Source of the DNA: Gemmatimonadaceae bacterium | Lineage (GTDB): Bacteria; Gemmatimonadota; Gemmatimonadetes; Gemmatimonadales; Gemmatimonadaceae | DNA: 64,000 nucleotides | Direction: 5' to 3' | Assembly: GCA_043788935.1 (NCBI GenBank) | Contig: JAYWIJ010000257.1 | Location: forward strand, 12,944 to 76,943 | Shown: in pieces, positions 36,021-45,483 of the stretch | Position numbering within the stretch: position 1 is the first letter of the stretch | Layout of the letters: every line of letters starts with the position of its first letter | Notes under the pieces: generated by a model | What the model was told of the DNA's origin: nothing | Database searches by the model: none | What the model saw: only the letters and a program-made list of their open reading frames with translations | Position numbers and translations under genes: made by a program

Positions 36021-38060
36021 ATGCTATCCTACGTCGCTGTCAACTCCGTCACTTTTCGCCGGTCCCACGTGCCTGATCCGGTAGATGCTACCGCCGACAC
36101 CGAACTGCTGGCGCGAGTCGAGCGTGCCCTGGCCCCTCAGTATGAGGTGGAGGGAGAGCTCGGCCGCGGCGGCATGGGAATCGTCTATCGTGCCAGAGAC
36201 ACGCGGCTGAAGCGTGCGGTGGCGGTGAAGCTGTTGCCGCCGGAGCTCGCCTACCGTACCGAGATCAAGTCGCGCTTCCTCCGTGAAGCGGAGATGTCGG
36301 CGCAGCTGTCGCATCCGAACATCGTGCCGATCTATTCGGTCGATGAAAAGGATGGCCTGGTGTATTTCATCATGGCCTGCATCGACGGCGACAACCTCGG
36401 CAAGCGCATGGCCATGCAGGGGCCGATGCCCGTGGCCGACGTGCGCCGCATCCTGCGCGAGGTCGCCGCGGCGCTGGCCTTCGCGCATGCGCGCAAGTTC
36501 ATCCATCGCGACATCAAGCCCGACAACATCCTGATCGACAAGGATGACGGGCGCGCGATCGTGACCGACTTCGGCATCGCCCGCGCCGTGCAGGACGGTG
36601 CCGAAACGCGACTGACCGCCACCGGCATCGCGATCGGCACGCCGGCGTACATGAGCCCGGAGCAGGCAGCCGGTGACCGTGAGATCGACGGCCGCGCGGA
36701 TCTCTACGCACTTGGTACGCTGGGTTATCAGATGCTGGCCGGCCGTCTGCCATTCGAGGCGAACAGTACGCCGGCGCTGCTGGTGAAGCAGTTGTCAGAG
36801 AAGCCGCTGCCGATCGTCGAGCGCCGACCGGACACGCCACCCGACCTGGCCGGCATCGTCATGCGCCTGCTGGAGAAGGATCCTGCCGCGCGCTTCGCGA
36901 GCGCAGATGAACTGACGGCGGCGCTCGACGGGCGCATTCCGTCGGGGTATGTCGCACCACCGCCGTCCATGCCGCAGCCGGCGCCGCTGATGGGGCAATC
37001 GCAGCAGCCGTCATGGGTGTTCGACGGCTCACGTGCGCCGATGAACGCTCCGGCTCCGCTGCCGCAGTATGCGGCGGCCACCGGCGATGACATGGCGCGC
37101 TGGTATTCGCCGCATGTCGTCAAGTTCCGCAAGGGACTCGCACCGTTCCTCGCCATCGCCGGTGTCTCGGTGGTGTTCAAGCTGTTCGGCGGCTCCGACT
37201 TCACGTTCGTGCCGGCGTTCTGGTCGATCGGCATCGCGATGAACTACGCCAAACTCTGGCAGGCCGGCTTCGACTGGCGCGACGTGTTCAAGCAGCCGCG
37301 TGAAACGCTGCTGGCTGACGTCATGTCGGAGAAGGCGGACGATCTCGCCGCTTTGTGGGATCCGAACAAGCGGAACACGGTGCGTGAACGTGCGCGGCTG
37401 CGTCGCCAGTCGGGAAGCGGGGACATGCTGTTCTCCGACACGGATCGCATGCTGACCGGCGGCGCGCCCATGCCGCACGGTACGGGTGGCGGTGCGATGG
37501 TCACCGAGCAGATGCGGTTCGGCGCGTGGTACGAGGCAGTGCGCGACGGCACCGGCGATCGCTCGGAGATTCAGCGGATGTACGAATCGCTGCCGAAGGG
37601 CGACAAAAGCGTCGCGAGTGGCATCGTCGCGAACGCCGATGAACTTCTGGCCGCGGTGAAGTCGGAAGCGGCGCAGCTGGCGGATCTCGATCGCAACCCG
37701 GTGCAGGCAACCGACGTCGCACGCATCGATGCGGAGATCGCGCAGCTCGAATCGCAGGCGAATCCTCTCGAGGCTCGCAGCGAGGAACGTATCCGTCGCC
37801 TCGTGCGCCTGCGCCGCGAAGGTCGGCAGGCGAGCAGCGATTCCGATCGTCGCCGTCGCTCGGCCGAGCGACTCGAGCGCGCGCGTGCGGCGCTGCGCTC
37901 GATTCGCGTGGAACTGGTGAAGCTGCGATCGGGTGGCGCACAGCCGGGCTACACGGGCAACGTCACGCAGCTTGCCGAGCGTGCACAGGAACTGGCTCGC
38001 GACGTCGATGCGGTGATTGCGGCCGCCGGCAGTGCGAAGTCGCGCGCGTCGTCGCGCTGA
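36021..38060 (+). CDS. Ser/Thr protein kinase with Pro-rich linker, TM segments and C-terminal coiled-coil region
   Basis: GRGGMGIVYRA...VAVK, HRDIKPDN, DFGIA, GTPAYMSPE. The start is uncertain (ATG at 35970 or 36021). Confidence 0.88.
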   Translation: MLSYVAVNSVTFRRSHVPDPVDATADTELLARVERALAPQYEVEGELGRGGMGIVYRARDTRLKRAVAVKLLPPELAYRTEIKSRFLREAEMSAQLSHPNIVPIYSVDEKDGLVYFIMACIDGDNLGKRMAMQGPMPVADVRRILREVAAALAFAHARKFIHRDIKPDNILIDKDDGRAIVTDFGIARAVQDGAETRLTATGIAIGTPAYMSPEQAAGDREIDGRADLYALGTLGYQMLAGRLPFEANSTPALLVKQLSEKPLPIVERRPDTPPDLAGIVMRLLEKDPAARFASADELTAALDGRIPSGYVAPPPSMPQPAPLMGQSQQPSWVFDGSRAPMNAPAPLPQYAAATGDDMARWYSPHVVKFRKGLAPFLAIAGVSVVFKLFGGSDFTFVPAFWSIGIAMNYAKLWQAGFDWRDVFKQPRETLLADVMSEKADDLAALWDPNKRNTVRERARLRRQSGSGDMLFSDTDRMLTGGAPMPHGTGGGAMVTEQMRFGAWYEAVRDGTGDRSEIQRMYESLPKGDKSVASGIVANADELLAAVKSEAAQLADLDRNPVQATDVARIDAEIAQLESQANPLEARSEERIRRLVRLRREGRQASSDSDRRRRSAERLERARAALRSIRVELVKLRSGGAQPGYTGNVTQLAERAQELARDVDAVIAAAGSAKSRASSR

Positions 38061-38079
38061 GCCGGGGGCAGGGCGCCCC

Positions 38080-40278
38080 ATGACCATCGCGACAACAACG
38101 AGCGGTGATCCGCTGCGCGACCGACTCGCAGAAGCGCTCGCGCCGGCGTACACCGTCGAGGGAGAACTCGGCCGCGGTGGCATGAGCGTCGTGTACCGCG
38201 CGCGCGACGTTCGACTTCGTCGTGACGTCGCCATCAAGCTGCTGCCGCCCGAGCTGGCGTTCGTGGCCAAAGTGCGCGCGCGTTTCATGCGCGAAGCGGA
38301 GACGGCTGCGCAGCTCAGTCATCAGAACATCGTGCCGATCTACGGTGTCGAAGAGCGCGACACGCTGGTGTGGATCGTGATGGCGCTGATCGAAGGCGAG
38401 ACGCTTGGCGCGCGACTGACACGCGAAGGGAAGCTGTCGCCTGCAGAAGCGCAGCGGGTCCTCTCGAGTGTGGCTGACGCGCTGACGTACGCCCACGCGC
38501 ACGGCGTCGTGCATCGCGACATCAAGCCGGACAACATTCTCCTCGAGGCGGGCACGTCCCGCGTGCTGGTGACCGACTTCGGCATTGCACGCGCGGCAGA
38601 AGGTGATGCACGCCTGACGCTCACCGGTGTGGCCGTCGGTACGCCGACGTACATGAGCCCCGAGCAGGCGATGGGGGAGAGCGAGATCGATGGGCGCTCC
38701 GACCTCTACTCACTCGCGATCGTCGGCTATCACATGCTGACAGGTGCGCCGCCGTTCGAGGCGACGAGCACACCGGCGGTGTTGCTGAAGCATGTCAGCG
38801 AGCCGTTGCCGTCACTGGCCGCACGGGTTGCATCCGCGCCGGCGTCGCTGATCCAGGCACTCGAACGCGCGCTGTCGAAGAAGCCGACCGATCGTTTCAC
38901 CACGGTGCGTGACTTCCGCGATGCGATGCAGCAGGTGTCAGCACCCGACGCGCCCGTGACGATGCCAAGTCCACCGGTGATCGGTGTGCGCGCCGTCAAG
39001 TTTCCGAGTGCACCGCTGGTGGAGCCCGACCGACGGCCGGAGCCGGTGCGTGCGCCGCGCGCCGCGCAAACTGCGGCCGCACCGCCCGCGTGGTCCATTC
39101 CGGTTCCACCGCGTCCGCCGGTGCCACTGGCCGGCGCGAATGCAGTGCCAGCGTGGGTGTATGGCGCGGCCGGGAATGCGCCGAGTCTCGCAATGCAGGC
39201 TGACGTGTTTCGCAGCCGCGCCATGCGCACGTTCGGCATGCTTGGTTTCCTCGGCATCGTGAACGCCGCAACGTCTCCGCACTTTGCGTGGGTCGTGTTC
39301 CCGGCGTTCGGCATGTTGATGGGGCTCAACGCCAAGTGGCGTCCGCTGGGCGATGCAGGACTGTCGTTTTCGTCGGTGATGCGCAATCGCAACGCCGTGC
39401 AGGCAGCGGGCATCGAGGGTTCGGTCCCGGCGACGTTGTTCAGCAACAGCCTCGCCGGTCGTGCGCGGCGGTTCGTCCGGCGTGTGAAGACGGCGGCGGT
39501 GGCGGCTGGCGTGGCGGCGGTGTCGCTGATCGTGGGCGCAGGATTGCACGCTATGCCCCTGATCGCCCCGTTCATCGCCGGTGGGGTGCTCGCATTCGTG
39601 TCGGCGATCGGCGCGTACCGCGCGTACCGGCCCCTTGGGCACCTCGGCTTCAAGATGATGGACGTGTTCCGTGGTACCTGGCGCGACGCCGATGCGGCGC
39701 GATCGGCGGCCGTGGCGTTTCGTTTGCGCGAAGAGGAAGTGTCGCAGCTGGCGCCACCGGATGTCGTCATGAGCGCACACGGTGAACGGCTTCGCCTGGC
39801 GGTCGATGATCGCACGGCGATCCGTCAGCAGATGCAGCGCCTGGGCGGTGACGAGCGGGCGGTGCTGCCCGACATGATGCCGACGGTGGAAGCGCTGGTG
39901 ATGCGCGTGTGCGAACTGGCGACGGCGCTGCATCGGCTCGACCGCGACATGGGCGTGGTTGCTGACGGGTCACTCGACGCTCGCATCGCGGAGCTGCGTG
40001 CGCAGCGGGTGCCTGAGAGCGATCGTCTGTTGTCGCAGCTGTTGCAGCAGCGGCAGTCGTTGTCGGATCTGGAGGGCCGCCGGTCGGCACTGCATTCACA
40101 GATGCTGAGCGCCTCGCTCAGCCTGCAGAACCTGCGGTTGGACGTGCTGCGCCTGGGGTCATTCGGTCTGGAAGCGCCCGCGGTGCGCGAGGTTGGCCGG
40201 GCCACGGAGCAGGCGCGGGCGTTGTCGAAGGATCTGGCGTATCTGCTCGAAGGCGCGCGCGAGGCGGATCGGCTCTGA
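38080..40278 (+). CDS. Ser/Thr protein kinase, tandem paralog with the same tail architecture
   Basis: GRGGMSVVYRA...VAIK, HRDIKPDN, DFGIA, GTPTYMSPE. Post-linker block VFPAFGMLMGLNAKW ~ FVPAFWSIGIAMNYAKLW of the upstream kinase. Confidence 0.88.
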   Translation: MTIATTTSGDPLRDRLAEALAPAYTVEGELGRGGMSVVYRARDVRLRRDVAIKLLPPELAFVAKVRARFMREAETAAQLSHQNIVPIYGVEERDTLVWIVMALIEGETLGARLTREGKLSPAEAQRVLSSVADALTYAHAHGVVHRDIKPDNILLEAGTSRVLVTDFGIARAAEGDARLTLTGVAVGTPTYMSPEQAMGESEIDGRSDLYSLAIVGYHMLTGAPPFEATSTPAVLLKHVSEPLPSLAARVASAPASLIQALERALSKKPTDRFTTVRDFRDAMQQVSAPDAPVTMPSPPVIGVRAVKFPSAPLVEPDRRPEPVRAPRAAQTAAAPPAWSIPVPPRPPVPLAGANAVPAWVYGAAGNAPSLAMQADVFRSRAMRTFGMLGFLGIVNAATSPHFAWVVFPAFGMLMGLNAKWRPLGDAGLSFSSVMRNRNAVQAAGIEGSVPATLFSNSLAGRARRFVRRVKTAAVAAGVAAVSLIVGAGLHAMPLIAPFIAGGVLAFVSAIGAYRAYRPLGHLGFKMMDVFRGTWRDADAARSAAVAFRLREEEVSQLAPPDVVMSAHGERLRLAVDDRTAIRQQMQRLGGDERAVLPDMMPTVEALVMRVCELATALHRLDRDMGVVADGSLDARIAELRAQRVPESDRLLSQLLQQRQSLSDLEGRRSALHSQMLSASLSLQNLRLDVLRLGSFGLEAPAVREVGRATEQARALSKDLAYLLEGAREADRL

Positions 40279-40316
40279 GCGATGTGGGTCCGTCAGCTTG
40301 AGGTAGGCGAGGACGC

Positions 40317-40492
40317 GGGGGCAAGGACTTCGTTCCCTTGACCGGTCCCCTTGGCCGGGGGCATGGACTCCGTCCCCTTGACCGGGGGCAAGGACTCCGG
40401 GGGCAAGGACTCCGGGGGCAAGGACTCCGTCCCCTTGACCCCCTTGACCGGGGGCAAGGACTCCGTCCCCTTGGATGCCCTTGGATGTCCCC
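40317..40492. repeat. second array (~6 copies or partials) of the GGCAAGGACTCCGTCCCCTTGA hairpin repeat
   Basis: Read directly. Lies between convergent stops (kinase at 40278, hydrolase at 40531). Confidence 0.85.
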
Positions 40493-40530
40493 GCTGCAGA
40501 CCACGACGACAGTTCAGGGTCCCCGCGACG

Positions 40531-41433
40531 TCAGCGCTCGACCAGCCCCGTGATCAGCTCGGCCAGCCGCTCGGGGTTCTCTTCCGGCAGGAAGTGGCGG
40601 GCCGACTCAAGTACCTCGAGGGTGGAGCCGCGGATGGCCTGGTGCAGACGCCGGGCGGCTGCGAGCGAGAGGAACGGGTCATGCGCGCCATGGATGATCG
40701 CGGTCGGTGCGGGCACGGCGCCAAGTCGGGCGCCGATCTCCATCGTGTCCTCAGGCTGCAGCGCCTCGAGGTGGGCCACCAGAAGGTCGCGCCCGGCGGG
40801 CGTGGAAAAGCTCCTGCTGTATCGATCGATGGAGCGACCGGCCAGCTCGGCATCCACATAGCCGCGCGCCAGCTCGGTCTTGAGCGCGCCCAGTAGCCAT
40901 GTGGCCGGAAGGTGGCGCGTCAGTGGCAGTGTGGCGCGCGCCATCTTCACTTCGCGCGACGGCCAGTCATCGAATCCGACGCTGCTGATCAGGCAGAGGT
41001 GCGACACACGGTGCGGTGCCTTGACAGCGACGGCCTGTGCAATCCCTCCGCCGACATCATGTCCGATCAGGCAGGCGCGGTTGATGCCCAGCAGGTCGAG
41101 CAGGACGAGGAGGCGATCGGCGTGCGCCTTGATGTCGAGTGGGAGCTCACCCGGCGGATCACTGCGGCCATACCCGAGCAGATCGACCACGACGACACGG
41201 CGCCCGTCCGGGAGCAGGGGAACGAGGTCCTGCCAGAGGTGCGACGCCGTGGGGAAGCCGTGAATGAGCATGAGTGGCTCTCCGCCACCGCGCGTTCCGG
41301 CCGCGTAGTAATAGAGACGCGCCCCGCCAATGTCGAGAAATTCTCCGCGCACTACTCTCGCGCCTGTCGTCCGGGAATCAGAATCAGCTGCTCCAGTCTC
41401 AGAATTCCACAGCGGCCAGATGGTCCGCTTCAT
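40531..41433 (-). CDS. alpha/beta hydrolase
   Basis: Last 300 aa of ORF 40531..42900, from MKRTIWP. HGFP oxyanion block, nucleophile elbow GHDVGG, C-terminal HF(L) His. Confidence 0.87.
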   Translation of the reverse strand: MKRTIWPLWNSETGAADSDSRTTGARVVRGEFLDIGGARLYYYAAGTRGGGEPLMLIHGFPTASHLWQDLVPLLPDGRRVVVVDLLGYGRSDPPGELPLDIKAHADRLLVLLDLLGINRACLIGHDVGGGIAQAVAVKAPHRVSHLCLISSVGFDDWPSREVKMARATLPLTRHLPATWLLGALKTELARGYVDAELAGRSIDRYSRSFSTPAGRDLLVAHLEALQPEDTMEIGARLGAVPAPTAIIHGAHDPFLSLAAARRLHQAIRGSTLEVLESARHFLPEENPERLAELITGLVER

Positions 41434-41676
41434 CGCTGCCAGCACGCAGGACCCCGTCAGGCGGGTCGGCTGCCCACCAAGGGTACGCCATTGCCGTGCC
41501 GCAGCAAACTGTGCTATAAAAGCACGCGCGTGGCGGGAAGCGGCACGGTTCAGCCTGAAGTACGACAGAAGGTGGCCCAAAGTAGCAGAAAAGGCCGGTT
41601 TCCCCATGCCGTCACGGGCACTCTGTGCTAGCTTGGAGGTTGTTGTGGCGCAACGTGTTCCGTCCGCACCCCTCCT

Positions 41677-42861
41677 GTGACTGACCTTCCAGATCTCGAA
41701 ACCGGCCTGCCTGCTGCGCCGCTGACGCCGTTGGTCGAGGCGCCTGCGGCTCCGCCGCCGCCACCGCCAAAGCCCGTTCTCCCTGACATGCCCGATTCGC
41801 CGGTGAAAGTTCCGGTGCGCTGGTTCATGCGGGAAGGCACGGGAGCCGTCCAGTTCCGCGCCATCGTGGAACTCGGGAAGCTGAAGCCGGCGCTCGACGC
41901 GCAGCCCGTGACACTGGCGCAAGCGAGTGCGCTCCGTTGCGCGGTCACGATGAACCTCGACGGCACCTGGGGCGGTCGACTCTTCCCCAAGGCTGGCGCC
42001 GCGCCTCACACGGCGACGTTCTCTGCCTTCCGCCATCTGCTCGAGTGCGGTTGGGATCGCGATTCGCCGCCGCTGGCTGTGTCGCGTCGATTCCTGTTCC
42101 GCCTGCTCGCGATGGACGAGGAGCCGACCATGCTCTTCGAACTCGCCGAGGAGGCGGGGGGCAGCAAGGAGATGGCGAAGCGGCTTCGCGCCAATGTGCG
42201 CGTCGAGGCGGCTGCGTTGCTGGCGCAGGCCGGCTATGAGCGTGACCCGCGCGTACGCGGCGCTGCCATTCGTGCCACGCAGAAGGTCATGGACTACCTT
42301 CGCTCTCCGCTGGCGGCGAAGCCGTGGATCCGTGTGGGCAACAAGCAGGTGCTCGATCAGGCGGCGTGCCCGCCGACGATGAGTTTCCTGCGGATGGCGG
42401 CGTTCATGCCCGAGCTCCGCACGGAGTATCACATGGGCATGGAACTGCTGGGACGTCAGCTGATGCAGCCCGAGCCGCGGCAGGAACCGGTGCAGCAGAT
42501 CGATGGCATGCTGGTGTCGGTGCCCCACGCAGTACTCGGCGATCGCCTGCCGCACCGCAATGCACTCGAAGCTGACGTACCGGCCGCGCTGCATTGGCTG
42601 GAGATCATGGTGCGCCTCGATGTGTTCCGCCGTCACGAGCCGTGGATCAAGATGTTCGAGCGATTCGTGGAGAGCGCGGATCGCTACGGCGTCTGGCACC
42701 CGATGAAGGGTGACGACATGCCGACGACGACGGCTCCGGACCTGATCGGCTGGTATCCGCTGGAGGATCAGACCACGGAGGGAGAGCGTCGCTGGAGCGA
42801 CGTGACGCTGCGTGTGGCGCTGATCGCCAAGCTGATCAAACGCGACCTGACGCTGGTGTAA
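41677..42861 (+). CDS. hypothetical protein (Pro-rich N-terminus, predominantly helical)
   Basis: 394 aa; coordinates are taken from the ORF track. Composition is coding-like and there is no stop for 1.2 kb. No motif recognised. Confidence 0.6.
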   Translation: MTDLPDLETGLPAAPLTPLVEAPAAPPPPPPKPVLPDMPDSPVKVPVRWFMREGTGAVQFRAIVELGKLKPALDAQPVTLAQASALRCAVTMNLDGTWGGRLFPKAGAAPHTATFSAFRHLLECGWDRDSPPLAVSRRFLFRLLAMDEEPTMLFELAEEAGGSKEMAKRLRANVRVEAAALLAQAGYERDPRVRGAAIRATQKVMDYLRSPLAAKPWIRVGNKQVLDQAACPPTMSFLRMAAFMPELRTEYHMGMELLGRQLMQPEPRQEPVQQIDGMLVSVPHAVLGDRLPHRNALEADVPAALHWLEIMVRLDVFRRHEPWIKMFERFVESADRYGVWHPMKGDDMPTTTAPDLIGWYPLEDQTTEGERRWSDVTLRVALIAKLIKRDLTLV

Positions 42862-42867
42862 TTCTCG

Positions 42868-43785
42868 ATGCTGCGCGTGCCGCGGGTGCGACGCGTGCAC
42901 CTGACGCCGGAGTCGATGTGGCCGGCACAGGAACAGGCGTCGACGGCGCGATGGGTGATGTTGCCCGGCGGTGAGCGTGTGCGTGTGGTGGAATCAGGTG
43001 ATGATGAGGCACCCCCAGTCGTGCTCCTGCATGGCTGGGGGTGTTCCGCGTATGCGTGGCGATATCTCACGCCGGCACTCGCAGACGCGGGATTTCGCAC
43101 GATCGCAGTGGATCTGCGGGGCCACGGCTTGTCGGACCGGCCTGCCGATCCCTCGAAGTACACGCACGAGGCAATGATCGATCACGTCGTCGCGACGCTC
43201 GACGAGCTCGGCGTGTCGCGCGCACCGATCGTCGCACATTCGATGGGCGGCGCGGTGGCGATGGGGCTCGCCCTGCGTGCACCGGAGCGGGTGGCGCAGC
43301 TCGCGTTGTTCGGTCCTGTCGGATTCGGGCTGGTGGACCGGGCGTCGTGGTCGCAACTACTGCCGCCATCGCTCACCTGGGCGCTGCTGCCGTCACGAAT
43401 TCCGCGTTGGGCGGTGAAGTTTGCCCTGCAGCATTCACGGGGTGAACGTGGCATGAGCGACGAGCAGGAGGTGGACGAGTACTGGGCGCCGACGCAGTTC
43501 CCGGCGTTCCTGAATGCGATGCGTCTGCTGCTGCACGGATTCCGCTGGTCGCCCTGGACGCCGACCGAGCTTGCTGGCGTGACGCAGCCGCTGCTGCTGG
43601 TGTTCGGCGACAAGGACCCGGTGGTACGGCCGCAGCAGGTGGTGCCGACGCTGGCGCGGTGCCTGCCGACCGCCGCACTGCACGTGGCGCACGGCGCGGG
43701 GCATGTGGTGCCCGAAGAGCGGCCCGAGTGGGCACTCGAATTGCTGCTGCCGTTCCTTGGCGTTTCAAAGGGACAGGGATCTTGA
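42868..43785 (+). CDS. alpha/beta hydrolase
   Basis: 305 aa. LLHGWG, nucleophile elbow AHSMGG, C-terminal GAGHVVPEE. Confidence 0.85.
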   Translation: MLRVPRVRRVHLTPESMWPAQEQASTARWVMLPGGERVRVVESGDDEAPPVVLLHGWGCSAYAWRYLTPALADAGFRTIAVDLRGHGLSDRPADPSKYTHEAMIDHVVATLDELGVSRAPIVAHSMGGAVAMGLALRAPERVAQLALFGPVGFGLVDRASWSQLLPPSLTWALLPSRIPRWAVKFALQHSRGERGMSDEQEVDEYWAPTQFPAFLNAMRLLLHGFRWSPWTPTELAGVTQPLLLVFGDKDPVVRPQQVVPTLARCLPTAALHVAHGAGHVVPEERPEWALELLLPFLGVSKGQGS

Positions 43786-43872
43786 ACGCACGAGGGGGCG
43801 ATCCGTTCAAGATCCCCGTCCCCTTGAAAGTGGGGGCTTTCCGCTCAAGATCGCCGTCCCGTTGAAACGAGA
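43763..43872. repeat. variant copies of the CCCCTTGAA-type hairpin repeat, overlapping the last codons and stop of the hydrolase gene
   Basis: GGGATCTTGAACG...CGTTCAAGATCCC palindrome, followed by CGTCCCCTTGAAAG and CGTCCCGTTGAAACG units. Confidence 0.6.
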
Positions 43873-44191
43873 GAATGCGGCTGAGTCCGCCGAGCGGTTT
43901 CAATGCTCGGGTGTGCGCGGCGAGATGGGCAGAGTACGTTACGAATCGAATGGCCGCTCGCGCCTGGGCGGCACGTTCACCGGCGGCGTGCGTCCCTCTG
44001 ACGCGCCCTGAGGCCGGCGTCCCACGCGACGAGCACTCCGTGCACCCGCGGCGGTCGCCCTGACGGTTCGCAACGCTCCTCGTTGCGGCTGTGGGCGGCA
44101 CTCGTGACGGCACCGGACCGGGACCGTTGACGACCGCACCACAGGACGGCGCAAGCCGCACAGGCGACCTGGGCGCAACACACCACATCAC

Positions 44192-45475
44192 GTGCCATCA
44201 CGTACACGACGCCCGCGCACCGGCGGACGCCCCCGACAGGGAGGCGACGCTCCGACCACGGTCAGCGAGGCGGAGCACAATGCGGAGCCCGAGGCGGTCC
44301 AGTCGACCCCCGAGAGCATCGCCGCACAGATCGCCGCAGACGAAGCCCGCGTCACGTTCAAGCAGCTCGACCTCGATTCGCGCCTGCTGGATTCGGTGAT
44401 CGCGGCCGGGTACGAGTACCCCACCCCAATCCAGCGCGAAGCGATTCCGCTGGCATTGCGGGGCTCCGACATCATCGGGCTGGCGCAGACGGGGACGGGA
44501 AAGACCGCGGCGTTCACGCTGCCGCTGATCAGTCGCCTGCTGGATGGGCCGAAGCGGACCCGCGCGCTGGTGCTCACGCCGACGCGCGAACTGGCGCTAC
44601 AGGTGGAGGAGAGCGTGCGGAAGTACGCACGCGGGACCGGGATCGAGGTGGCGCCGATCTTCGGTGGTGTGCCGTACGAGCCGCAGGAAACGGCACTGCG
44701 TCGCGGCGTCGACATCGTCGTGGCCACGCCGGGCCGGCTGCTCGATCATCTCGAGAAGCAGAACATGGTGCCCGACGATCTCGAGGTGCTGGTGCTGGAC
44801 GAGGCGGACCGCATGCTGGACATGGGCTTCGCGCCGCAGATCAACCGCGTGGTGGAGCAGATCCCGAAGTACCGGCAGACGCTGCTCTTCAGCGCCACGA
44901 TGCCGCCCGAAGTCGAGGCGCTCGCGCGCAAGTATCTGCGTCGTCCGATCGTCGTGCAGGTGGGCCGCCGATCCAGTGCTGCCGTGACCGTCGCGCACGC
45001 CGTGTATCCGGTTCCGGCGGAGAAGAAGGTGGACCTGCTGGTGCACCTGTTGCAGCAGCCCAAGATGGATTCGGTGCTGGTGTTCACGCGGACGAAGCAC
45101 GGCGCCGACAAGGTGGTGCGCAATCTCGAGAAGCACGACATCGCGAGTACGGCGATGCATGCCGACAAGACGCAGGTGCAGCGCATCAAGGCGCTCGAAG
45201 GTTTCCGCGACGGCAGCATCCGCGTGCTGGTGGCGACCGACATCGCGCAACGCGGGCTCGACATCAACGGCATCTCGCACGTGATCAACTACGATGTGCC
45301 GCAGCAGGCTGAAGACTACGTGCATCGGATCGGTCGTACCGGTCGCGCGGCGGCGTCGGGTGATGCGGTGACGTTCATGGCACCGGACGAAATCGCGATG
45401 GTGCGCACGATCGAGCGGGTGATCGGGCAGGCGATTCCGCGGGTGTCGGTGCCGGGGTATGACTTCGGTTCCTGA
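44192..45475 (+). CDS. DEAD-box ATP-dependent RNA helicase (RhlE-like)
   Basis: 427 aa with a GTG start. Q-motif YPTPIQ, AQTGTGKT, DEAD, SAT, HRIGRTGR. Confidence 0.93.
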   Translation: MPSRTRRPRTGGRPRQGGDAPTTVSEAEHNAEPEAVQSTPESIAAQIAADEARVTFKQLDLDSRLLDSVIAAGYEYPTPIQREAIPLALRGSDIIGLAQTGTGKTAAFTLPLISRLLDGPKRTRALVLTPTRELALQVEESVRKYARGTGIEVAPIFGGVPYEPQETALRRGVDIVVATPGRLLDHLEKQNMVPDDLEVLVLDEADRMLDMGFAPQINRVVEQIPKYRQTLLFSATMPPEVEALARKYLRRPIVVQVGRRSSAAVTVAHAVYPVPAEKKVDLLVHLLQQPKMDSVLVFTRTKHGADKVVRNLEKHDIASTAMHADKTQVQRIKALEGFRDGSIRVLVATDIAQRGLDINGISHVINYDVPQQAEDYVHRIGRTGRAAASGDAVTFMAPDEIAMVRTIERVIGQAIPRVSVPGYDFGS

Positions 45476-45483
45476 CGCTTGGA

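Noticed and set aside
41434-42900. Upstream extension of the 789-aa minus-strand ORF 40531..42900.
   Set aside because: Only the final 300 aa (from MKRTIWP) resemble an alpha/beta hydrolase. The extension is His/Arg-rich and runs antisense through the 394-aa plus-strand gene.
43873-44191. The 320-nt gap upstream of the DEAD-box helicase gene as a hidden gene or ncRNA.
   Set aside because: I found no convincing ORF, promoter/terminator pair or recognisable RNA motif. Long 5' UTRs are common for DEAD-box helicase genes, so it is left unannotated.
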